NCBI GenBank assembly: GCA_030586555.1
Contig: JAURAC010000001.1
Coordinates: 113,130 to 177,129, forward strand
Direction: 5' to 3'
Length of the DNA: 64,000 nucleotides
Origin: Candidatus Subterrananammoxibius californiae
GTDB lineage: Bacteria; Planctomycetota; Brocadiia; Brocadiales; Subterrananammoxibiaceae
Notes under the pieces: generated by a model
What the model was told of the DNA's origin: nothing
What the model saw: the letters and a program-made list of their open reading frames with translations, nothing else
Databases searched by the model: none
In this document: positions 41,443-49,521 of the stretch, piece after piece
Numbering within the stretch: the first letter of the stretch is position 1
How the letters are laid out: every line of letters starts with the position of its first letter
Program-made: the position numbers and the translations under genes

Positions 41443-41921
41443 AAAAAGATAAAGTGCTTGGGCATGACCCACTAAGTTGGATAAAGGCTACAAGAGAAGC
41501 CGAATCCAAACAGGTAGGGGAGATTTCTAAGCCTGAGGAACAAGAGACGTCTGGGTTAGAAGCAACACATCAAGAAGTAAAGAAACCTGTAGATGTGGAA
41601 GATACAAAAATCGAAGAAATAAAGAAGAGCCCTCCGGTAGAGCAATCGAGAGGAGTCAGGGGTCTGGAGTCAGGAGTCTGGAGTCGAGAATCCGGACCCA
41701 GGACTCAAGACTCAGGACTCAAGACTCTTATGCCTTACAGTACAACAAGAACGAATGGTTCGCCAATTATCTTTATTATTGCTTATGCCGTCCTCTTGCT
41801 TATTCTAACGTTCTTTGTTTACTTTAATCTATCGAAAAGAATAGATGATATAGGTTCGAGGATAAGCAATATGGAAAGGGCGCTAAATCTGATGTTTAAA
41901 GAAACTGACATTATACACTAA
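41439..41921 (+). CDS. Hypothetical single-pass membrane protein coupled to parA
   Basis: ATGA overlap with parA; basic N-terminus KKDKVLGHDPLSWI, low-complexity linker, TM (IIFIIAYAVLLLILTFFVYF), short coiled coil. Confidence 0.75.
   Translation: MKKDKVLGHDPLSWIKATREAESKQVGEISKPEEQETSGLEATHQEVKKPVDVEDTKIEEIKKSPPVEQSRGVRGLESGVWSRESGPRTQDSGLKTLMPYSTTRTNGSPIIFIIAYAVLLLILTFFVYFNLSKRIDDIGSRISNMERALNLMFKETDIIH
41652..41728. repeat. Inverted heptamer array (GGAGTCN x5 / RGACTCA-like x6) inside a CDS
   Basis: 11 consecutive 7-mers; translated as GVRGLESGVWSRESGPRTQDSGLKT. Confidence 0.9.
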
Positions 41922-44100
41922 TTGTTGCTACCTCGACACGGTTTCTTCCACCCCTTTTTGCTATGTAAAGGGCGTCATCCGCCGCCTTTATCAATTCAAC
42001 CTTATTATTAAAGTTCATGCCATTAAATGTGGCAAGTCCCAGGCTTATGGTTATCCCCAGCGGGCTGACATTTCCCTTGACTTTGTAACACTCTGTCTTC
42101 GTCCTTAATCTTTCAGCAAGGAGGAAGCATTCCTTCTCATCCGTATTAGGCAAAATTAATATAAACTCTTCGCCCCCGTATCTTGCCACAGTATCAATGT
42201 GTCGCAAATTGTCTTTTAATAATCTTGCCAGACCAATAAGCGCCTCGTCGCCAAGTTGATGACCAAACTGGTCATTAAAATTCTTAAAATAGTCTATATC
42301 TACCATGATGAGGGAAAGTGGGGTATTATACCTTTTTGCCCTCTCAAACTCGTAACCAAGATGTTCTTGAAAATACTTATGATTATAGGCTCCTGTAAGG
42401 CCATCCGTAACGGCAAGCTCCTCGAGCTTTTCACGCATCCTTTCCTGTTCCGTAACATCCCTAACTATCATCGTGTAACCGAAGATACTTCCATCAACGT
42501 TTTTAATGGCTGTGGCGTTAATGTGCAGAATATAGGAGTCGTAATTAATCTTGGTACTCACAGGCAATTGGCCATGCTTAATCATTTTCATTACCCTGTC
42601 ACCTTCTCTGTGGCATCCAAAGAAATCTTTCCCCTGCAAATCCTTACAGCGCTTTCCAAGAATTTTTTCAGCAACGGGGTTCATAAATAGCAGGTTATAA
42701 CTTGCATCTCCGACCACCACCCCGTCCCCAATATTAAGCAGTATTGTCTCGAGTTTGCTTTTTTCGCCTTCTGTTTCTACGAGGGATTTTTCCAGGTACA
42801 GTTTGGCTGCTTGAAGTTCCTCATTTCTTTTATTTATGGTGCCGGCCATTATATTAAACGAATTGGCTAATGCGCCAATTTCATCATCAGCCCTATTTTG
42901 TACCCTCTGGCTTAAATCTCCTGCCGCCATCTTCCTGGTAGCATCTGTAAGGCGTAAAATCGGTTCGGATACCATCTTTGCCAGAGCAATAGAGACCACA
43001 ATTGCAGCAATCATTCCACCAGCAAGGATTATGTAGATGTTCTTTTTGAGTCTATGGATTGCCCTGTAACCTTCATTAACGTCTATTTCAGAGATTACCC
43101 CCCATTGCAACTCTGGAATCCATTGCCAGAAACCAAGCACCTTTGCCCCCCTGTAATCCAGATAACCATTCCCATCAAATCCTTCCTTGCCTTTCAAGCA
43201 CTCTTTCACGCCTTTGGTTAGTTCTTCTGTTTTAGGGGTTACAACCTTAAGTTCGAGGGCGGACCGTTTTTTTATAAGGCCTGCTTCTTTTAAGTGGGAA
43301 ACAAAACGTGACTCCGTTAGCATGACCCCGTCACGATTAATAAGATACGTCTCGCCGCTTTCGCCTAATTTAATGCTTCGCATAAGTTTGCTGATTTGCA
43401 TAAAATCTATTCGCATGCATACGACGCCCGTTATTATGTTCTTATCCCTTATAGGGCTTGATACAAACATGGTGGGAACACCTGGCTCCAATTCGCCATG
43501 TTCATTTTCGATGGGGACAACGGAGGGTTCTACCTTTGAAATAAACGTCTTACCCTTTAATGCTTCATGGAAATATTCAAATCCAGACACATACGTTCCG
43601 ACCTTCCATTCATCGGTTGCTATCCTTATCATCCCCGTTATATCTGTTACAAAAATCTCTTTGTAGCCATAAGCATTCTTAATAAGCCTCAAGTCCTTTA
43701 ATAACTCTGGAAATGGTTCATCGGTTTCATTGATGCTCGTGGATAACAAAGCAAGTGGATTATTTGTAATTACCTTAGAGTCGCCGATTCGCTCATCCAT
43801 CCATCTCTTAACAGACTCAGCCTGTTTATGCCCAACGCCTTCAAGGTTTTGTATCAGGGAATTTTGCAATGCCTTCTGCATGACCGGGTATGCAACAAAC
43901 CTCATCATAAGAATAGGAATGAGCGCCAGAACTAAGAACAAAAAAACTAATTTGGTTTTTATAGATTTAAAAAACCCTATTGGTATTAAGGGAATACATA
44001 TTAGAAATCGAAGGAGTGAAATGCATGTGCGGGCACACAAGACCGAAGGTCTTGGGTCGGTTTGCTTTTCATGAACCTGTTTTTTTATCATCTTAAGCAT
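41911..44100 (-). CDS. Diguanylate cyclase, dCache-HAMP-PAS-GGDEF (start uncertain)
   Basis: TM-Cache-TM, HAMP (DEIGALANSFN.M), PAS, DGLTG, DIDYFK.FND.FGH, RHID I-site, RYGGEEF. Confidence 0.92.
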   Translation of the reverse strand: MLKMIKKQVHEKQTDPRPSVLCARTCISLLRFLICIPLIPIGFFKSIKTKLVFLFLVLALIPILMMRFVAYPVMQKALQNSLIQNLEGVGHKQAESVKRWMDERIGDSKVITNNPLALLSTSINETDEPFPELLKDLRLIKNAYGYKEIFVTDITGMIRIATDEWKVGTYVSGFEYFHEALKGKTFISKVEPSVVPIENEHGELEPGVPTMFVSSPIRDKNIITGVVCMRIDFMQISKLMRSIKLGESGETYLINRDGVMLTESRFVSHLKEAGLIKKRSALELKVVTPKTEELTKGVKECLKGKEGFDGNGYLDYRGAKVLGFWQWIPELQWGVISEIDVNEGYRAIHRLKKNIYIILAGGMIAAIVVSIALAKMVSEPILRLTDATRKMAAGDLSQRVQNRADDEIGALANSFNIMAGTINKRNEELQAAKLYLEKSLVETEGEKSKLETILLNIGDGVVVGDASYNLLFMNPVAEKILGKRCKDLQGKDFFGCHREGDRVMKMIKHGQLPVSTKINYDSYILHINATAIKNVDGSIFGYTMIVRDVTEQERMREKLEELAVTDGLTGAYNHKYFQEHLGYEFERAKRYNTPLSLIMVDIDYFKNFNDQFGHQLGDEALIGLARLLKDNLRHIDTVARYGGEEFILILPNTDEKECFLLAERLRTKTECYKVKGNVSPLGITISLGLATFNGMNFNNKVELIKAADDALYIAKRGGRNRVEVATISV

Positions 44101-44162
44101 TTTACCACTTTTAATGTATTTCGGGATAGGTAGACAAAAATGTTTATCCTTATTTTACGCAC

Positions 44163-44295
44163 GGTACGTTAGAAATTGTGTTTCTAACGTACCACGGATA
44201 AACAAGTTTATCCGTGCCACCCTTTACCCCATCCATAACTCAGGGTAGCATGGACAAATTCATTTGTCTGTTGTCTACCTTTTTTCAAAAAGGTA
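44163..44295. repeat. Stack of palindromes from three families between the DGC paralogs
   Basis: ggtacgttagaaa..tttctaacgtacc (44163-44193); accacggataaacaagtttatccgtgccaccc (44191-44222) with inverted partner (44243-44273); tacctttttt-c-aaaaaggta (44276-44295). Confidence 0.8.
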
Positions 44296-44318
44296 AGTAG
44301 GTTTAAAAGAGAAAGGCA

Positions 44319-45500
44319 TTATGCGCTAATTGTTGCCACCTCGACACGGTTTCTTCCGCCCCTTTTTGCACTGTAGAGGGCGTCATCCGACGCCTTTATC
44401 AATTCAACCTTATTATTAAGGTTCGTGCCATTAAATGTAGCGAGTCCCAGGCTTATGGTTATCCTAAGTGGGCTGACGTTCCCCTTGATTTCATAACATT
44501 CTGTCTGCGTCCTTAACCTTTCAGCAAGGAGGAAGCATTCCTTTCCTTCAGTGTTAGGCAAAATCAACGCAAACTCTTCACCCCCGTATCTTGCCACAAT
44601 ATCAATGTGTCGCAAATTGTCTTTGAACAATCTTGCCAGGCTAATAAGCACCTCGTCACCGAGTTGATGACCGAATTGGTCGTTAAAGTTCTTAAAATAA
44701 TCTATATCCACCATGATGAGAGAAAGCGAGGTATTGTATCTTTTTGCCCTCTCAAATTCGTAGTCAAGACGTTCTTGAAAATACTTATGGTTATAGGTCC
44801 CTGTAAGGCCATCTGTAATGGCAAGTTCTTCGAGCTTTTCCCGCATCCTTTCCTGTTCTGTAACGTCCCTTACTATCATCGTGTAGCCGAGGATACTTTC
44901 ATCAAAGTTTTTAATGGTCGTGGCATTAATGTGTAAAATATATGGGCCATAGTTAATCTTGGTGCTCACAGGTAATTGGTCATACGCAAGCATTTTCATC
45001 ACCTTATCACCTTCTCTGTGGCAACCGAAGAAATCTTTTCCCTGCAAATCCTTACAGCGCTTTCCAAGAATTTTTTCGGCAACGGGGTTCATAAACAGCA
45101 CGCTATACTTTGCGTCTCCAACCACAACACCATCCCCAATATTGAGCAGTATTGTGTTAAACTTATTCTTTTCCTTTTCTATGTCGATAAGAGGTTTTTC
45201 AAGGCTTCCTACCATCTTGTCAAGGGCGTCTGCAAGGTCTTTAAATTCATCGTGTGAACGTAAATTCACACGGTGGTCGAGCTTTCCATGGCTAATCAAT
45301 TCCGCACCTTCCCTTAAGCGTTTGATCGGTTTGGCAATTGAATGGTATATGAAAAAGCTAACGGCAAAGAGACTTACAAGAACTGTTAAGGCATAATAAA
45401 AAATAACTCTATTCCCAGAAAAATAAGCCAAGACATTCATAAATATCAATAGTATCGCCAGACTCGAAAGTCCAATTGTAACCTTGGTTTTTACTTTCAT
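44319..45500 (-). CDS. Diguanylate cyclase, 2TM-HAMP-PAS-GGDEF
   Basis: Two adjacent TMs, HAMP, PAS, RHID + GGEEF; C-terminal region closely paralogous to the neighbouring gene. Confidence 0.93.
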   Translation of the reverse strand: MKVKTKVTIGLSSLAILLIFMNVLAYFSGNRVIFYYALTVLVSLFAVSFFIYHSIAKPIKRLREGAELISHGKLDHRVNLRSHDEFKDLADALDKMVGSLEKPLIDIEKEKNKFNTILLNIGDGVVVGDAKYSVLFMNPVAEKILGKRCKDLQGKDFFGCHREGDKVMKMLAYDQLPVSTKINYGPYILHINATTIKNFDESILGYTMIVRDVTEQERMREKLEELAITDGLTGTYNHKYFQERLDYEFERAKRYNTSLSLIMVDIDYFKNFNDQFGHQLGDEVLISLARLFKDNLRHIDIVARYGGEEFALILPNTEGKECFLLAERLRTQTECYEIKGNVSPLRITISLGLATFNGTNLNNKVELIKASDDALYSAKRGGRNRVEVATISA

Positions 45501-45514
45501 TTTCCGCCCGTACC

Positions 45515-45638
45515 AGGGAAGGCTGAAGGCTTAAGGCAAAAGGCTGAAGAAACTAAAGGGTTAAGAAGTTAAGAACTTAAGAGCTTCCTATCTTCTCGGC
45601 TTCCTAAGTTCTTAACTTTAGCCTTCAGCCTATTCCCT
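45515..45638. repeat. Nested inverted heptamer (AGGCTGA) and octamer (TAAGAAGT) arrays
   Basis: Outer aggctga aggctta aggcaaa aggctga ... ttagcct tcagcct; inner taagaagt taagaact taagagct / tcctatct tctcggct tcctaagt tcttaact. Confidence 0.85.
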
Positions 45639-46641
45639 ATGTTTTTAAACTTATATGTTCACCCATAAATGTTTTCTTGTTTCCATTATCAAAATGGAGA
45701 ATAATGCCTCCACCGGGCGAAATATCTATCACCTTGCCCTGGTAAAGCTTGCCACTTTCTTCTACCGTTAATTTTTGCCCTATCGTGATGCAAAGCTCTT
45801 TCCACCGCTTTAATATCTGTTTGTAATGGGCATCTTTTAAGATTGCGTACCATTTATCTATGCTTTCTAACAGATTTCTGGCAAATTCAATTCGGTTGAT
45901 ACTGCTCTTTTTTTCGATAAAGAGTGAGGTAGCGGGTATCTTAGAGAACACTGGCAATTCATTAAATTCCTGATTTACGTTAATTCCGATGCCTAAGGAA
46001 AAGATATATCTTTGTTTGTGCGACTTTATTACATCAACAATGGTGCCTGCCACCTTCTTGCCGTTAATGAGCACATCATTTGGCCACTTTATTCCAGCCT
46101 TAAGCGAAAGCATGTCTTGAATTGTTTCTGCCACTGCAATGGCAGTAATGCATGTCATCAAGAAGATATGTTCGGCATTTATCCTCGGCTTGAGGACAAT
46201 AGTGGCAAGCAGTCCCTTAAATTTTGGACACACCCATGTATGCCCCAACCTTCCTCTGCCGCCTGTCTGTTCCTCAGAAAAGATGACTAACCCTTCCCTT
46301 GCGCCACCTTCTACCATTTTTCTGGCGATGTCCATAGTAGACGTAACCCGTTCATACGTAAGTATATCCCTACCGACAATCCGACACCTTAAACCCCACT
46401 TTATTTCATCAGGAATCAGCCTGTCAGGGATGCTGCTCAGTCTATACCCTAAATCTTCATGGCGGTCAATCTTGTAACCAACTTGGAGGAGCTTTTTTAG
46501 TTCAGATTCAAGTTCGGCAGACGCAAGCTTTGCCTTTTCTTCTATTTTTTTTGCGGGAACCCACTTACCCCGAAACTCGTGAAAAAGGTCTATAATCCGT
46601 TCTTCAGGGGTTAAAACGTTCACATCGAGCTTAATTGTCAT
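45637..46641 (-). CDS. birA: Biotin-protein ligase with N-terminal HTH-like domain
   Basis: STMD, EEQTGGRGRLG..W, IKWPND..INGKKVAG, LGIGINVN. Confidence 0.92.
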   Translation of the reverse strand: MTIKLDVNVLTPEERIIDLFHEFRGKWVPAKKIEEKAKLASAELESELKKLLQVGYKIDRHEDLGYRLSSIPDRLIPDEIKWGLRCRIVGRDILTYERVTSTMDIARKMVEGGAREGLVIFSEEQTGGRGRLGHTWVCPKFKGLLATIVLKPRINAEHIFLMTCITAIAVAETIQDMLSLKAGIKWPNDVLINGKKVAGTIVDVIKSHKQRYIFSLGIGINVNQEFNELPVFSKIPATSLFIEKKSSINRIEFARNLLESIDKWYAILKDAHYKQILKRWKELCITIGQKLTVEESGKLYQGKVIDISPGGGIILHFDNGNKKTFMGEHISLKT

Positions 46642-46721
46642 AACGTGTCATAGTGTGTCGTATTAATAAACAAAAGTCAAGTATAATTTAAAGAAGTTTC
46701 TTCGAGCCCCTATACTTCAAA

Positions 46722-46737
46722 AGCAAAATCAGTGCCA
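46722..46737 (-). promoter_or_regulatory. Candidate sigma54 (-24/-12) promoter upstream of birA
   Basis: Minus strand TGGCAC-TGATT-TTGCT matches TGGCAC-N5-TTGCW exactly; about 80 bp upstream of the birA ATG. Confidence 0.55.
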
Positions 46738-46933
46738 TTTTGCCATTACTTTATTAATAACATTAGTTCTCTTGCCGTGGCATGATATGCTTTTATGAGT
46801 TTATAAGTCTGAATTGCCTAATGTCAAATAAAATCCTTTTTTTACATTTATAGAAAGAAAGACCTGAAGGTCGTCTAAAATATTGAGGGGGGCTCCTTTG
46901 GTTTGCGTTTTGTTACAAATATGTACAAACTTG

Positions 46934-47878
46934 TCAGGGCATACCAGGATATTTTACCTTTAACGGTTTATCGTCACGATTTATCCATGTCTGTTCTTTT
47001 ATAGCCTTGCGCAAATATTTGGGTATATTAAAGAGCGCCTGGTGCGTAATGCCATCATAGAATTTAAGTTCTCCCTTAATACGAGCCGAAATCTTTTTAT
47101 CAACATTCTCCTTTGATAAATCATGAGGGTTGAGCCCCTTTGTTGCGAGGGAAAAACCCCACAGCATTGCGTAAGTTGGGATAAATGCCACATAAGGATA
47201 AACACCTGAGAATAATTGTGCAAGCGTCTTATTTATGCTTGTGTAGGAAAGCAGGGCTATGATGGATGTTGTATCTGCCTGTACACACAGGATACCGTTG
47301 TCTGTAAGCCTATCCAATACGATGGCATAAAATTCTTTGGTAAAGAGGAGATAAGAGGGGCCACTTTCAAGTGGAACTGTAACATCAATAATTATTGTAT
47401 CGAATGTTTCGGAAGAGTTCTCAAGGTATTTCCTTCCATCGGCAATTTGAACCTCGACCCGTGGGTCATCAAAGGCATTTTCATGAAAGGAGTCAAGAAA
47501 GCGTCTGGCGCAGTCTATAACGGCTTTATCTATATCAACCATCACTGCCTTTTTAACCGTTTTATGCCGCAGAACCTCTCTCAATGCGGCGCCTTCTCCG
47601 CCACCAATAATTGCAACACATTCGGGGTTGGGATGGCTGATTAGGGCAGGGTGTACTAACGCCTCGTGGTATATGAACTCGTCGCGTTCGGCAGACTGAA
47701 ATTCATTATCCAGAATAAGACATTTCCCATAATTATGAGTCTCAATGATGGAGATTTCCTGTATCTCTGACTCGGTCTGAAAAATTGTGCCCTTGATTGC
47801 ATGTCCATGAGCCTCGCAGGGATTAAAGTAGTCATAAAACCACTTCACAGGCATGTACTTTTTGCCGTGCGTATTCAT
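46934..47878 (-). CDS. speE: Polyamine aminopropyltransferase (spermidine synthase)
   Basis: DEFIYHEALVHP, IIGGGEG..LRE, VDID, DGR; start at 47878 or 47854. Confidence 0.93.
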   Translation of the reverse strand: MNTHGKKYMPVKWFYDYFNPCEAHGHAIKGTIFQTESEIQEISIIETHNYGKCLILDNEFQSAERDEFIYHEALVHPALISHPNPECVAIIGGGEGAALREVLRHKTVKKAVMVDIDKAVIDCARRFLDSFHENAFDDPRVEVQIADGRKYLENSSETFDTIIIDVTVPLESGPSYLLFTKEFYAIVLDRLTDNGILCVQADTTSIIALLSYTSINKTLAQLFSGVYPYVAFIPTYAMLWGFSLATKGLNPHDLSKENVDKKISARIKGELKFYDGITHQALFNIPKYLRKAIKEQTWINRDDKPLKVKYPGMP

Positions 47879-47886
47879 TTTGTTAA

Positions 47887-48312
47887 TCAACGAGGTGAAA
47901 CCTCGTTGTCTACCAGGCTTGGTAGGCAACGAACTTTAGTTTGTTGAGTTACCCTTGCTTTTCTCCCCCTTTCGATTAAGAGCATAGAGGAATTCTTTGC
48001 GCAAAGTCTTTCGACAAGGTATGATGCTGCGTCTTGAGGGTTTATTGTATTCCCACAGGTGAATATATCTATAGCGGCGTATGCGCGTTCAGGCCATGTG
48101 TGGATGGAGATGTGAGATTCTGCAAGGACTACAACCCCGGTAACTCCTGTGGGAGTAAACCTATGGCATACGACGTCAAGTACTGTTGCCGCTACTTTCC
48201 GTGCCGCTGTGGTAATTAAATCCCTAACGAAAGTAATGCTGTTCAGGCTTTTGACATCACATTCCCACAATTCCAGAATAAGATGTTTTCCCACGGGCTC
48301 CATTTCACACAT
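47887..48312 (-). CDS. speD: S-adenosylmethionine decarboxylase proenzyme
   Basis: GKH, F.P.GVT, LAESHISIHTWPE (E/S self-cleavage site), DIFTCG. Confidence 0.93.
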   Translation of the reverse strand: MCEMEPVGKHLILELWECDVKSLNSITFVRDLITTAARKVAATVLDVVCHRFTPTGVTGVVVLAESHISIHTWPERAYAAIDIFTCGNTINPQDAASYLVERLCAKNSSMLLIERGRKARVTQQTKVRCLPSLVDNEVSPR

Positions 48313-48355
48313 CCCTTTTTCGCTTCCAATTATTTTAAGACTTCCGGTTTTTTAC

Positions 48356-48411
48356 AATTGTAAAATGAAAATTGCAAATTTTAAATTTTCACTTTGCATT
48401 TTACAATTTTT
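48356..48411. repeat. Inverted heptamer array (AATTGCA-type x8)
   Basis: aattgta aaatgaa aattgca aatttta aattttc actttgc attttac aattttt, directly after the stop of the displaced moaD-like end. Confidence 0.8.
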
Positions 48412-48413
48412 TG

Positions 48414-48469
48414 CTACCCCCCGGCAATGGCAGGCACTATAGAAATCTGGTCGCCATCCTTTACAGGGG
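48414..48469 (-). pseudogene. Displaced duplicate of the sulfur-carrier gene 3' end
   Basis: 48424-48469 is identical to 49200-49245 (46 bp); translates PVKDGDQISIVPAIAGG-TAG. Confidence 0.95.
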
Positions 48470-48538
48470 ATGAAAAGCAAGTTCTTCGGACTTGCTTTTC
48501 ACGGTTTTCAAGAAATCTTATGTCAAATATTCTAAAAA

Positions 48539-48929
48539 TCACCATATTGTATTAACAATACCTGCATTTTTAATTTTCATATCCTTCGTAATAACAGTTA
48601 CTTCTTCCCCTAAGAAATCTCTATACACAAGGGCTGTCCCACAAATAATTCCATCATGTATGTCCCAGATAACAGGCATAAGTTGTATGACACTTGTATC
48701 CAAAGGATAAATCGTGCATCTTGGGTCGCTTTCCAAAGTCCCAATTACTTCTTTCAAAGAGAGACGGGTTTTCTTTTTTTGATGATAAATATTTAATTTC
48801 AGTTAAGGCGATTGATGGGATAATCAATCGCTGGGTATTATCCCTGAGAATATTTACCGCATGATGCCCCAGCTTTATACTACCCTCAAAAAACCAAACC
48901 AACGTGTGTGTATCAAGTATATAGACCAT
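48539..48929 (-). pseudogene. PIN-domain (VapC-like) toxin with a frameshift
   Basis: N-half YILDTHTLVW...SI..TEIKY and C-half DIHDGII.GTA...ITKD lie in different frames; removing one base, e.g. from the A7 run (48774-48780), joins them. Confidence 0.85.
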
Positions 48930-49126
48930 TAAAGGCACTTCTTCAGCTTGATTTTAGCCTCTTCAATTTCTTCAAAAGAAAAATCCGCCTTTCCTTTCCA
49001 TATCCCCTCAAGGTCAACAAATCTTTTCTTCCGGCTTGAGGCAGGGGCGTGTTTGGCAACTTGAGCTTTAACGACCTTTAACTCTTCCTCTATGCTTGCG
49101 AGCTTTGCGTTAATGGATTTATTCAT
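48929..49126 (-). CDS. Putative antitoxin of the PIN toxin
   Basis: 65 aa, LEGIWKG motif, stop overlaps the PIN gene start (TAATG). Confidence 0.7.
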   Translation of the reverse strand: MNKSINAKLASIEEELKVVKAQVAKHAPASSRKKRFVDLEGIWKGKADFSFEEIEEAKIKLKKCL

Positions 49127-49180
49127 AGGAATATGTACCTCATTAATACTTGCCTACCTTTTTGAAAAAAGTAGGTCTTT

Positions 49181-49465
49181 TCAAAAAGGTAACCCTCCTG
49201 CAATGGCAGGCACTATAGAAATCTGGTCGCCATCCTTTACAGGGGTATTCTGGTTTTCAAGGAATCTTATATCCTCGTCATTCAGATAGAAATTGATAAA
49301 CCTCCTTATCTGCCCGTTTTCATCGCATATCCTTTCCTTGATACCTTTATAATTTGATTCCAGATTTTCAATAACCTCTTTAATTGTTTTCCCCTTTACC
49401 GCTACTTCATCGGCATTTTTTGTTAACGTTCTCAATGGGGTTGGGATTCTAACCGTTACAGGCAT
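49181..49465 (-). CDS. MoaD/ThiS/CysO-type sulfur carrier protein with an LPF extension after GG
   Basis: VRIPTPLR, RRFINFYLNDEDIRFL, DGDQISIVPAIAGG-LPF. Confidence 0.93.
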   Translation of the reverse strand: MPVTVRIPTPLRTLTKNADEVAVKGKTIKEVIENLESNYKGIKERICDENGQIRRFINFYLNDEDIRFLENQNTPVKDGDQISIVPAIAGGLPF

Positions 49466-49521
49466 AAATATTCACCTATCCTTTCTTTCATAGTCCGCCT
49501 GAGGCGGATTGATAAACAACT

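Noticed and set aside
46778..46791. Second sigma54-like site TGGCATGATATGCT on the plus strand
   Set aside because: GG-to-GC spacing is 8 nt rather than the required 10, and no plus-strand gene follows.
33786..49190. Integron cassettes as the explanation for the TA modules
   Set aside because: No integron integrase and no convincing attC (RYYYAAC...GTTRRRY) boundaries; the cargo is bounded by host-gene duplications instead.
49181..49465. Molybdopterin synthase moaD assignment
   Set aside because: No moa/moe genes are nearby; SAM-riboswitch control and the PLP-enzyme partner point to amino-acid sulfur transfer.
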